NCBI RefSeq assembly: GCF_003918875.1 | Contig: NW_025767677.1 | Span: 124,001-188,000, forward strand | DNA length: 64,000 nt | Source of the DNA: Haliotis rubra | Taxonomy: Eukaryota | Direction of reading: 5' to 3' | Shown here: positions 51,615 through 64,000 of the stretch, piece after piece | Position numbering within the stretch: position 1 is the stretch's first letter | Layout: every line of letters starts with the position of its first letter | Notes under the pieces: model-generated | What the model was told of the DNA's origin: nothing | The model's database searches: none | The model's input: only the letters and a program-made list of their open reading frames with translations | Translations under genes and position numbers: made by a program

Positions 51615-54600
51615 GACACGAGCGAAGGCAATCAAATTACCTGGTGGAAAGTCTCGCCTCAAGACATTCTTCGTGATTAGTGGCTATGTCAATTCTGAAT
51701 TTGTTCCTTCCACAATAGTTTCTCTCACACCAAATGGAAACCTTGTGACGAGTATAACAAGGGGGACTTTTTGAAGTCCTTGACTATCATCAGTTTCAGT
51801 TATTACCACTAACAGAAACTGATGATTTACATCATAATACAACTGGCCATCAACACCACTGGTTGCATATTCATTCTAAAGGAGGAACTCACATCATACA
51901 CTATCAGTTCGACAAGATTGAGGTCGAATCTGGACAACACCAGGTAGGACTGTGACAATACACTTCTGTGGATCAAACTGATTCTCAACAGTACTGTAAC
52001 AATATCATACGCAATAATGTCCAAGATGGGAAAAGACTTCCAACTAAAAACTATCTTGCAGATTTGAGACAGTGACTGAAACAGTGGCTTGACAGTGGAC
52101 ATGATTTCACGATACCATCCTCACATCACTGCAGGGGAAAAAAACAAACAAATTTATTGCACAAAACAACTTCAAGGGGCAGGGAACAAAATCTGTTCTA
52201 CAAATATACCATATTTACTTAACACCACAAGAAACTGCATAAATGATCAGTCGATAACATGGGATTGCTAATGTTCAATATATATGCAGAATCAATTGCC
52301 GTGTTTTGGGAAGCTAATCTTCTGTTAAAGATAACATTCACAATTTTGACAGTGACAAACAGATACGCAATCCAAGCCACTGATTTTAATTCATCACAGT
52401 TTCGCGATACACTGAGCATTCAATGCAATGTTACTACCAAAACAACAGAGTAAAATGTGATTCCTGTGTCATGAAACATCCATCAGCAAATACAACCATA
52501 GCAACAAAGGGGGAAATATACCACAGTCCATTTCATCAATGGTTATTTCCTCAAGGCCTCAACCACAATCAATTTGAAACTGGTCACAACAAAGGACACA
52601 TCAACCACTCTCCCGAACCCACCGAACAGAGCTGCCAAATCCAACAGTGGTATTACCCAGGCTTACCAACCACAAAACAACCTATAGTCATCCCGATTAA
52701 TCCAAAAGCTGAACCCCTTTAATCACAAGGTAATATACTTCACAATATCCACCTATTGTTCTCCTGAACAGACTTCTACGTGTGATTACGGCCTGACAAA
52801 GCAGTTTTCTACCCTGTGGGAATCAACTGTGAAAGTTTCTGCATCAACAAAGATGTGAGGTAACACTTGTTACATCATAGGCTGGATAAGTCCTGCAATT
52901 GTGTAATCATGCCAGCTTTGGCACAAAGCCAAGTCTATACTTCACGTGGTAAATAATTAATCTGCACAGTCATGCAGTCAATAGAGTCACATTATCATCA
53001 TAACTAACCACACCTGCAGTCTCGTATTCACAGCCTGTCACACAATCAATTTGAAAGCTGCTTGTACTCCATAAAAGAGCAACATGCGGACTTGAATGAC
53101 ACTTTTTTTGACAAATTAAAATTCATGAGGTTTATAGCCTTCACAATAAATCATCTAGCCTATTACGAACATTCACTTAATGCATTTTCACCGGCAACAT
53201 AAAGCAAAAACGAGCAAAGCTTTTCATGACAAATTAATTTAAACCATTCTTTTCAATTTTGTAAGCCTTCTTTTTGTACTTGGTAACCTGTGTACATCTG
53301 ACTGAGGAAAAGGATTAAGAATTATCGTAATAATGATTATAAAAAATGCTGACATGGTGAACCCGTTCAAATATAGACTTAACTGCAGATTTAGCTTCAT
53401 TCTGCATCAATTTATGTCATTTCCTTAACATTCAACTTAAATGGCTGAATAGAATAACTGACACTACCAGCATTTTGGCATTATCATACAAAGTAATTTT
53501 TGACCCCATTTTAACCTGAAAACAAACATTTGGGAAAAAGTAATCAGTTGAATAAGACAGGTGCTGGTTGTGTATTGGTTTTTAAATTTTGAAATGTGCA
53601 AGATATGAATATGGTATCATCACATCCACCACGTAGTAGACAATTCTCACGCAAAATTATATTGAAAATTCAGTCTTTAACATTAGGCAGGGTTTCAGCT
53701 TGACTTACAACTTTTAATTTAATTAACTGAAGAAAATATGTGGGACCTGCCAAGTAAGCTATCAATTGGGCGTATAGTACTAAAATACTACGTTAATAAC
53801 ATGAACTGTATATTTCCTGTGAAGAATCTGGAACAGGACACATCGTGTTTCTGCATCCTTTCAGGCTTTCATTTCACATTTCAGTATCAAAACCTGATCT
53901 GAACAGTATCCTTCTGTTCAACAGAAATTGACAACATTGCCCGAGATAAAGAGCTGACAATCCCAAAAAATGTTTTCCTCAACAAGGAAGTTTCCCAATT
54001 TCTAAGAAATAGATCTTCCATGAACATGTTATAGTACACTGAACGCAGAAGACATCTTATCATCCTACAGAGCTATCATGCGCACACAACGTGAAGTGTT
54101 GTATTGTAATGCAGCATTCTTTTCAACTGAGCAGACTAGACAGGCTTTTGAGCAAACACCTTCACCTTGCTTATCTTCTGGGAGAGTTCAATGTTGAAAC
54201 AAGTGACTGTATAACATCAAGTTGGGAGGAAAGTAGGCTAAAACTTAAATATTAGCAAACCTAACTCACCAACCATACAAGCAGATGTCTGTAAGGGATG
54301 TAAGGATATCATAAGTCAATGCAGTGTTGCTTCCCAGGTATATAAAGAAGGTTGTGCGTTTCATGTATTATAACTTTTTTTTGCCAAAGTAAGGGGAGCG
54401 TGGCTGTGTAATATTGTCTGTTGCAAATATGCAGACAATATGGCATTTTTAGTCAGGACACATATATGTCGCAAAAGTCAATCTGGCCTAATTTGAACAA
54501 GCTACTTCATCATACATTTCAGTCCTTGTGTACTGTGTTTAGGGGTGAAATGGTACGCTCTTACCATGGTACAGTACATATTGCTGTACAAGGCCTTCAT

Positions 54601-56399
54601 TTCGGTCCGTTTCAGTTCAGTATATGAAATATTATCATAATGCAGAAAATCGACAAGAGCCAAACCATGCACTGTTTAATAACATGAAAAAAACAAAACC
54701 ATAATCTTTGTTATATTGATTTAATAAAATTGTCATTTTATGACTAGACAGAAATGATGGTACAAAAACCCAAATACCGAATCTTTGTATTGCATTACGG
54801 AATAATACAGCAGTTCTACTAATACCGCAGTATACCGTTTCACCCCTAACTGTATTTATACTTTTGTAAGTTTATTTATTTCTAACCAGTAACAAATAAC
54901 ACTTGAGCCTTGCCCACCCCATGGGCAGGAAAACTTCCTTGTGTGTATTGTTTGTGTGTGAATGTGAACTATTCATGTGACATAAATACAGCTGTGTCAG
55001 TGATTCCTGTCTGCGTGTACCAACAAAAATGACCTTGACACTTCAGCAAGGTCACCATCTCCTTGCTGCCACCATCCCTCCATTTCCACAGCTCAAACAA
55101 CAAAATCTTTGTCAATTCATATTTGAAAATGTTTATTTCAAAAAATCTCAAACATATAAATAATCCAAACATTTGTAAATTGTGCATAAAATGCCCTGGA
55201 AAAAAGTAACAATAAATTCAACAAATAACAAAGTGTGAAAAAAAACCCCACATCCTTAAAGCCTTGACATTAACACCTTGAAGTCAATTCTGATTACAGA
55301 AAAGAAACAAAAACTCACTTCACAGAGGAGAACAAGGCCAAACATAGAGCATTTCCTGTTAGTAGAGCAAAGCCAGGGAAAGCACTTGTGGTTATTTCCA
55401 ACACATTTTGTGCTTGGTATTCAAAATTCTTGGCCAAAGTCCAGGAGAACCCAGAGGAATCCTGGGCAAGGCGCATCATTTCCTAAATGTCATAGCACAA
55501 GGACAGGCACGTAGCAAACTTGCATAAATAACTCAAACAAACAAAGCTGCATTTTCAAAATGGTTGCTAAGCACATCTGAAATTATTCAAGCTAGTCATC
55601 TCCACACAGCAATCCATTAAGATCTAAAGGTTGGCTGTTCGAGTGTCAGCCCAGGAACCTCTTTGTGGCTAAGCAACAAGCCAACAGGCCTGACATGTCA
55701 AAGAGGCACTTGCAATGGTGGATACTTCAGAAACATGACTTAATATTTGAACTCCTCCGTGAAGCCCAATACAATGAGACATTTTTCTATCCCTCACATG
55801 TATTTTTCCCTTTTTGATATTATTTACCTCCATTACAATCTTTCAAAATTTCTGAAAAGGGTTCATTAATTCTCTTTTGACAATTACATTTCCCAATAGA
55901 CTGAAAGTATCTTACTTTGAAATGGAACTATTCACTAATCAAGACAATTTCTCCACTTAGCCTCTCATCCAAATTTTCTTCAAAATGATGCAATTTGTCT
56001 TATAAGCTGACAGTGACACAAGCTGAAATATTATCTGTTCTTCTGGGCCTAATTTAAGTCTTCAGTCAAAAACCAATATTTGATCTGCAATGTAAATGTC
56101 ATGGCTCTTCTGCTAGTTTTGTAAACATTTCAGTTCTTAATTCACATTGCCTCAAGCTTCAAATAAACATAAAATTGAACAAAATTGCAAAACCAAAAGC
56201 ACTTTTTCCTTCTTGATGGTGATCTGTGTTGTTCTTGGTCTGTGGTTGAAGCACTGGCAAACGGCAACCATCAGACAACAGTTGCCAGAAAAGGAAGCAG
56301 ACGTCTCTCAACCAGTTGCTGACTTGGGCTACAGCTTGATGTCAGGTCAAATCTGTGGACAAAATGGCGGCAACCATATCCAGTCTTGAGCATGGTCAT

Positions 56400-57040
56400 C
56401 AGGTATCCATTGGCATCACATACATAGTATCCATCAAAGAACACACAGGCAGTACAATCCATTTGGGTATTTAATCCAAGGGGTGGTATCCACAGCAAGT
56501 ACTCCATCAGTGGGCTTTCCATGCCTACCAAGCATGCCTGGCTTTCACCAGGCTACTTCGGGCAAACACGATGTCTGTAGACAAGTACTCCAAGTAATCC
56601 ACGTCTGCTAGTATGTCCGTTGGCCTGTCCATCCATGTGTGCATAAGTGCAACTCTTGACTGCATAGTAATCCATGAGATATGTAAAATCCATGATGAGA
56701 TCTTTAATAGTGTACTCCAGGTAAACAAATCCAAGCGATGGGTAAATATCCGTTTTCCGCTGCTAAACAACGTCAAATGTGTAAATCCAAAATAAAAGAG
56801 CGAGAAAAAAGTACAGTTTCAACAACCGCGCACGCAAATATCAATACTCCAAACACAACAGTTAACTGCATGGTATTTCTGAAAGTGTGTAAAGACAGTA
56901 AAGAGTGATAATCTTAGAGAAGGTGATATATCCATCGTAATGATCCAGTGAGCTGTATACTCCAGGGTAGCAACTCCAATTGAGAGCAGGGACTAAAACA
57001 AAAATCCACGACGGGCAAGTACACTCGAGGTACTCCAATA
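56400..57040 (-). promoter_or_regulatory. UGGA-N0-3-UAC motif cluster (intron 2)
   Basis: 13 copies of plus-strand GTA(N0-3)TCCA in about 640 bp. The cluster is directly visible; its function is inferred. Confidence 0.6.
56525..56762 (-). CDS. Candidate alternative terminal or poison exon after RRM1
   Basis: Long polypyrimidine tract, TTGAC and tttag|cag NAGNAG acceptor; in frame with exon 2 for about 78 codons to TAG. Confidence 0.3.
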
Positions 57041-57763
57041 GAATATCCAAAAGAGTACAATGTTCCACATAAGAGGGGAGCAAAATAAAAGCTTGTCACA
57101 TGATGTGAAATAGCAACTAAACCACACAATTGAAGTTTTACTTTACACGCACAGCACAAAACAAAACCGACCAAGGCAAAGGCTTATGTAGGTGTAGTGT
57201 TCCAAAACAAAATCCAAAATGGCAGTTTGTATAAATAGTCCAAGTTGAAGGGCAATGCTCCAAAGATGGCCAGGGTTGTTTCCCTGTCCAGCAACGGAAA
57301 AGTAACTAAATGCTGAATTGAACTCAAAGTCTAGAAAACTGTCTCAATTTTGTTGCACCTGGAAATCAGCTCATAGTTGTATGGTTTAATTTCTACAACT
57401 GTGTGATCACCCAGTTGCATAGATGCAGGTGTCAATGGCATCTACTGTGGTCACGTGACAATCCAAAATGGCGTGCAGCTACAGTGTCTAGTACAATGTG
57501 AACGACTGTTAATGGTTTCTGTGAACACTGCAGAAGATACGCAAGGGGTAAGTCTTGTACTAAGTCATTGTTCTACATATGGCAATTGGTTTAGTGAGGT
57601 GTTGGATGTTTGGCAGAAAGAGATAGACTACTACAGTACATGTCAGACGAGTGGACCATTCACCCGGATTTCTCCCACCGGGAGCTGGACGACAGATTGA
57701 CGCCATCCCCACGATAGAAACACCACCATCAACCAACATCGGCAGGCAGAAATGTCAACTTAC

Positions 57764-58033
57764 CCCTTTGGCCAAGGGAATGATCCTGCTCCACGGGCAG
57801 CACTTCCAGTTGGTACATGAAATGTTCCGCGGTCGGGTTCATGAGTCCGTGTGACAATGCTTCCTGTTGTAGATCCCTCACAGTATTCCGTTCTCAGGGA
57901 ACAGTTCTCAAGTAAGTTCTCTGCTCCGTGGGCCTTGGACGCCGACTTGATGTCCATAAACGCCACGGTGGCCGCTGGGCCTCCATCACTCTCCTTGTTC
58001 AGGTGGAGTTTTACACTCTGGATCTTACCATAT
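57764..58033 (-). CDS. spen: spen coding exon 2 (RRM1 body)
   Basis: Acceptor ctatttcag|A, donor GG|gtaagt; 270 nt, phase 2/2; YGKIQSVKLH...AATVAFMDIKSASKAH matches SPEN RRM1. Confidence 0.93.
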
Positions 58034-61000
58034 CTGAAATAGGAATAAAGGTCAAGGTCAACAAAGGGACAGGACAAGAAACTATCTGCTTTAAACAATA
58101 TATTTCTCTGAAATTCAAAAGAGTTGTGATAGACATTAAAATATTCAAAGATAGACTTTTTTAAAAATTATTTGCTTCATTCCTGAAAATCAGATGAAGA
58201 ACATGAAAAGACACGTTTGATCAAACTGGATGGAAAACAAGACAACATAATTTTATGCTTTCAAACACTTTCATGTTAAAGTACAAACAAAAAGATCTAT
58301 CTTAGGGGCAGACCATTTGAATTTAATGGAAAGTGGTATGCTTGGATTGTTTGTTATAAATAATGTTCCTGAAAACAAATTCTTCACTTTAGAAAAAAGC
58401 CTGTTTAAAATTCTCCCACAACCCCTGCAAGGGATATAAACTGATAGGTCTTAACAGAATACGTGTTTCTGGCCTAAATCCTTAATAGCAAAATGGGTTA
58501 CCATGAACAAGCCATGAACATTTTATCCAACTATTACCAACATACTTCCATTGATTTCCTCTAGTTTTAGGACAAATCTATTGATCCTGTACTTCAGCAT
58601 CCTCCCATAACAGTGCGACAAGCATTCAGACAGTAATATCAATTTCAGAACATGTTGAATGTCAACAGGCCCTAATGTGTCCAGTGGGTGGTACTGGGTT
58701 TCATGTTTTTCAGTGCGCTACTGAATAAGGTTAGTAATGTATACCCAAACACTGCCATGTTGGGAACTCAGGGTATTACATTTGGTTATGAAAGGTTCAA
58801 ATAGGCAGATAGTAATCTCATGATTTCCATGTTTCTGTGGATGTATTGGATTGGGTGTCCCTTGTGATGAGCCACCAGACACACTATGTCTACAAGAGTC
58901 TGGAACAGAGGCAATATGAAACAATGAGAGAGATAGAGAGACTGGCCAGTTCCAAGTTCCTGTATTATGTGCTTAGGAGTGTAACGTAGGGTCTTTACAG
59001 ATAAGCTGGCTGTGAAAAATATTCTCATGTTATTTATCAGATTAAATGGAGACTGGGCATTTATTCCAAACTTGAATCCTCCAAAAACATATTAACTGAA
59101 ACACTTGCGCACAATGACAAAATCATCCTTGCTTGCATAACAAGGTGAAATAGTAACAATAGAATATACACATGACCCCAAACTCAGAAACATCCTGTAA
59201 AGAAATAGATAAATCTTAGAGCTGATGTATTTTACCTTCCAAATTCAAAGTTTGTACTTGCTCACACTCTTATAAGAATAATTGTTGCCAATTCCAGTCT
59301 CAGTGCCAAAGTTACAGTTTGAAAAACACAAACTGAATTCAGAAGAATAGTTTTCAAACATTTTGAAATGCAAATTCATTCCCACAAATGCAGTATGAGT
59401 AAACATTATGAACATTTTAATCACTTCGAAAGCATGGTGTAAAAAAAACCCGCAAAGTAATGTGTTACTGTCAGTCTCCAAACTCTGTGTAATAGAAAAT
59501 TGACCAAAGATATCAGGTGATATTTCAGACCCTTCATTATTGATTGCCACACATAAATTAAATATGACTTGCAAACAAGCTGACACTTGGGTACAAGGTC
59601 TTATGCCCAGCAAACATCTGTGCAATTGATCCTAACATGCCCATATTGAAATATGGGTCTGACTGTTGGTTCATCAGCTGTGCGTGCGCTGTGTGACTTC
59701 ATCTTATATGTCCTTGACAGGAGGCAAGATACCAACAGCTGCAGCTTGAGATGACCTAACTATCAGAGCATGAAGCTGTCATTGGAAACTGATAACACAA
59801 CTTGAGAGCATTTATCATCAGTGTTGAACAACACCTGACACTGTAATGTAGGACAGTCATCTCTCTAGTACCACGAACTCGGCATCTATATTGAGTTGCA
59901 AATGGACATGTAACAAATTCAATCACCATGGAAACATATCTGCCTTGAGACAGACAGGACATACAGGAATTTATGCATTTATTCAAGCATGCACTTTCTG
60001 TGAACTCGAAAGTGGAGGACATTTCCAAATTTGATGCATCAGGAACACAAATTATGTCTGTTGCAAATCCCTCTGCAATTTGACTTGTACCATATGCTGC
60101 CATGTTTTTTTGCCATGAACTGACTTACCTTCTGTGTGCTCACAACTAAAAACACATTCAAAATGTTTGAATAGAAGGAAATGATATGGTGCTATTTGTC
60201 AAATCTGCACACACAAAATAGCTACAACACATGAAGTTTGTCCACTATTTGCTGTTCATTACAAAATATTCATGCCTTTAAATAGTTGAAAGTGTGTCGA
60301 CATTCGTTTCCTGTTGGCTTAATTGTCTCGTGGCAAGTAGTTTTGTGTTGGAACTGCCTGTTACAGCGTAAACTAATAACCCATTTCTATCTACTTCTTC
60401 ACATTGGTATGCCTGATGTAACACCTTCAGTATACTTTGTATAATATGTATATGCTGATCTTGTAAAAACATCCTTTTCCAGAACATTTTTGAAAATGCA
60501 GACTTAACCATTTCTCCATAAAAACCATCTTCCTCCCTTCACTGTATACACTTTTTGTGTACACTAATCAAGAGAAGTTAAGAACTACTCTTCCTTCATA
60601 TAACAAGCCATCTAAAATGCTACAATGTGAAATAATCGGCTGATCACAACTTCTTTTCAGTAGCATATTATTGTTTAATAAATTCAAAGAAATCTGCTGT
60701 GTACCCTGTCTAGCCATTAACATAATCACTGATAATAACACAACACGTATTCAACACCAATGCAGGGCACGATCATGTGATCAAACCATGGTGCAATTGG
60801 TTCAGCCTTCCAGACCTCTCTCCTATCAGCTATAACCCTATCCGTCAGTACAGCTTGGATTCACGTGTGATATCACTGCCTCGCTACCAGCCAAGCTAGC
60901 TGTTCAGCCCAACAACACAAACCAGCCAACAGGCTTGACTCCGCAGGAACAGCGAACCCCACCTAGGTGCACACCTGCTAGTAATTCCTATCTAGATAGT

Positions 61001-64000
61001 ACTCCGAGATGGTACCAGTGCACTTGCGTATCTGTGGCACTTGCTGGTGAATACCAGTAACATAAACATGTTTACATCACACCTCTACCCTTTGGCTGTG
61101 GAATGATGAATATATCTTGCTTTGTCTGATTTAGGCTTGCTCAGTTTACTCAAGGTGTTTTGCACCAGTCGCTCCTCCAGTGCATTTTGAGCATGAGAGG
61201 GTAATGAGTTTCTAAATAATAAAACATGTGTGGAAGGAAAGACTTTTAGTCAAAGCAGATGACTTTGGATTCTTTATAAAAACTCTACCAATTATCTCAA
61301 ATCAACTGCCTCATCTTCCAATTGCCAAACTGTTCCTTTTCAACCTATTATTCTAATTAATTACTCAAATATGGCTTTTATCATGTGTTCATCAAACAGA
61401 AACACCATCAAATTATAACTTCAAAGCGTAACATATTCACACAACACTGATTTATTAACCAAACGTTCAAGTATTTATTTACACGTTACTGTATTTGATC
61501 CAACAGGACCTATTTACCTCAAACCATACTACATATGAACACAGCCAGGCAATCTCTGTACAAGCATCATTACCCAGTCACCAAACAAGTTGGGTCATAA
61601 AGATGTCAATCGCTGACTTTCGAAATCCATCCACGGACTGTGGACTTCACCATGATAGATTTGCCAGTGTGGGTCACAGCAAACTCAAAACCTGCTCGGC
61701 TGGCAAAGAGCCAAGCTTTGAGTCACAATTGTCACTTCCCTTGGTGGTAAACACCCTGAGGGGAAGCGACCTGTTTACAGGATACAACCCTGTCCCCCAT
61801 TCTACTTCTGCTGCAGCTTCATTAGAGACACCTTCAGAATCTCCACCCTGCGTTATCACTGGGATAGGGCAAAGGTCAACTGGCAGCTAGCCAAGTTTCA
61901 AATAACACTCAAGTTCCCAGGGTGTGGGTCTATATAATCAAGCTGAACAACAGTCTACATGCTCAGGTCGCTGCGGAGAGACAGATAATGGACTGAGACT
62001 TGTTCAGGACTGGAGATGGGCCAATTACTGTGCACAGTATTACTTGCAATTGAGGCAAACATCATTAGCCCTGACTCACATTGAGAATATACCTTTTAGC
62101 ATCAAGATAAGATTTTGGTATTTTGGGTGATATTTCGTGTTTCTAGAAGGAATGTGCTGTTAAATATTTAGACTATTTCCATTTATCTTGACAAGCCATA
62201 ACCAAATGGTGAGTTCATTAGCTATGTACATAATAGTAGCTTCTGATTAGCCATCCATCCAAAGCCTTAGTCACAAAGTGTTTTTGTCTTCTGTAGTTTG
62301 CTACTACTGTTCATGATTAAAAATCTACTGAGATGATTCAAAAGAACAAGCAAGATTGGGCAAGTGTTTGGCACAGACATAAAATGCTGCGCTATCTTTA
62401 TGTAAATCTTGTTAATATTCAACACGCAAGGATGGGAATAAGGAATTGCATTCAAGCCAGGTTTCTCATGGTGTATCTTATCTGTAGCGTTGCATGTTCA
62501 AGCTATCTAAGAAGACTTTTTAAAATGTCACTGTTTTTGCTTCGTAACTCTGCATGGACATCCTTGATCATTTTCTCCAAAATTCTGCCAATGTCAAGAC
62601 AGTGGCACAAAAAATTCAAACTCACATGTTGTACCCTTGACAAAACCCTACCCAGGACTTCAGGGTGACACCTGATTCCTTTAACCACAAACCTACCCCA
62701 CAATCTCTACAGTTTATTTCAAGTGGCTGTATGAAGCTGATGCAACAGTGAGAATAAAACGAACACAATCCAAACCCCCAACTCCTTTCAAATTCCACAG
62801 ATAAGCCCATTAATATCAAATTCCTCACCTGCAAACATCATAACAGTTATATTTAGACGCAGCACACAAGAAAATGAGGAACATGTACCAGGAAGAATAT
62901 CAAGATTCCTAACCTACACTGAAGCATCTAATTTTCAGCCCTCACACAAACTACTGAAAAACATCTAAACGTCTAGGAAACTGACGTGAAAATCAATAGT
63001 GTTTTGTAAGAGAAGCTCTGTGGATTATTTTTATCTTGTTCATAGCCTGACTACTTGTTTCAGTGCTGTGTGGCTATACATTTCCCAAGCTTGACCTTTT
63101 CCTCGTAGTAGAAATCACCTGATCTCTTCACCAGGCACATCTGCCACGTTGCTCACCGACTCGGCTATGACTCATCGTACTATTATGGGCTATTTGTCAT
63201 AAGCAACACTACACGAGGTCATGTGATCTGTATCTATCTCACAGCTGGTTTCCGAGCAAACACTGATTAGATAGCACCCTGAAAATGGCATTTGCTACAC
63301 TTCAGTAATGAAATACATAGATCCGTATCCTTAATATTCTGTCCTAATTAAAATCGGTGTATGCCAGAGTTGCGAAATACGAACACAGCCCAAATGATAA
63401 GCCAGTAATTAAATGGTGTCTTGCTACCAATTGAGGTGTATTTCAGGGCTTCAGTGTCGTCTCACCAGCTGTCATTTCGTCAGCCAGTCAATAACATTTC
63501 AGCTGAAATCTATATAATATCAGCCACAATGTATGACACACCCATGTTCATATTTTCATTATGAGCTTTTCTCCTTGCCAAAACTTTGCCAATCAAATGT
63601 GTATCATTCCAGTAAACAATGTTTAGTTTCCAAGAGTGACAAGTTTGGAAGTCTGACTGCATTTGTGGAATTCTCATACTTAACAAGCTTTCTTTGTGAC
63701 AAACATTTCCAAGCTGAATGAGTGCAAGAAATATGAAACAGGCTGTTCAAAAACACTTACAAATTGGAAAATATTCTCTATAAATATCAACCTTTACCAT
63801 TAACATTACCGATACATTAAACATAATTAGGAATATTCCATACATTAGATAAAGTAAATATGCATGGATCCACAACCTCACAAGAGTGAAATTTCCTTTA
63901 AAGGAGAGAATGACAGCTTCAGAAAAAAAATATGTTGGATTATTTCAAAAGCCCCTGGAAAGTTTGTAAAACAGCAACAAGACAATCAGCATTTCAAAGT

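Larger units (their letters stand above)
8200..64000 (-). other. spen: spen/SHARP gene span (5' end and exon 1 outside the window)
   Basis: 16 coding exons from 58033 to 12501 encode RRM1-4, conserved SPEN motifs and SPOC. The first visible exon starts mid-RRM1 in phase 2 (R|YGKIQSVK), so exon 1 must be upstream; none was found in 58034-64000. Confidence 0.93.

Noticed and set aside
58034-64000. Search for spen exon 1 (MVRETRHLWVGNL-like)
   Set aside because: No matching sequence seen; the short ORFs here look non-coding.

Overview
Eukaryotic (animal) genomic DNA, AT-rich. The repeat families suggest a mollusc, probably a gastropod such as abalone (inference). Most of the window (about 8200 to beyond 64000) is one minus-strand gene, the split ends/SPEN (SHARP, Msx2-interacting protein) orthologue. 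I traced 16 coding exons with canonical AG acceptors and, except for the unresolved exon 14 donor, GT donors in matching phases. They encode four RRMs, a 9.8-kb giant exon, polyQ/low-complexity exons and a C-terminal SPOC domain. The first coding exon lies beyond the window end. The CDS has at least five apparent 1-2 nt frameshifts, most likely consensus errors. The rest is tRNA-derived SINEs, hAT- and Kolobok-type non-autonomous DNA transposons, a 30-bp minisatellite and decayed coding-like fragments at 0.4-3.5 kb. The most striking unexplained signal is a dense, strand-specific cluster of (U)GGA-N0-3-UAC motifs in two distant parts of the spen transcript: the 5' end of the 24.5-kb intron 2 and the proximal 3' UTR. 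One copy is an exact UGGAUACCUG, the 3' half of the Xist A-repeat unit that mammalian SPEN binds. This is a candidate SPEN autoregulatory RNA element. It overlaps a candidate poison or terminal exon and sits among YY1-type motifs.
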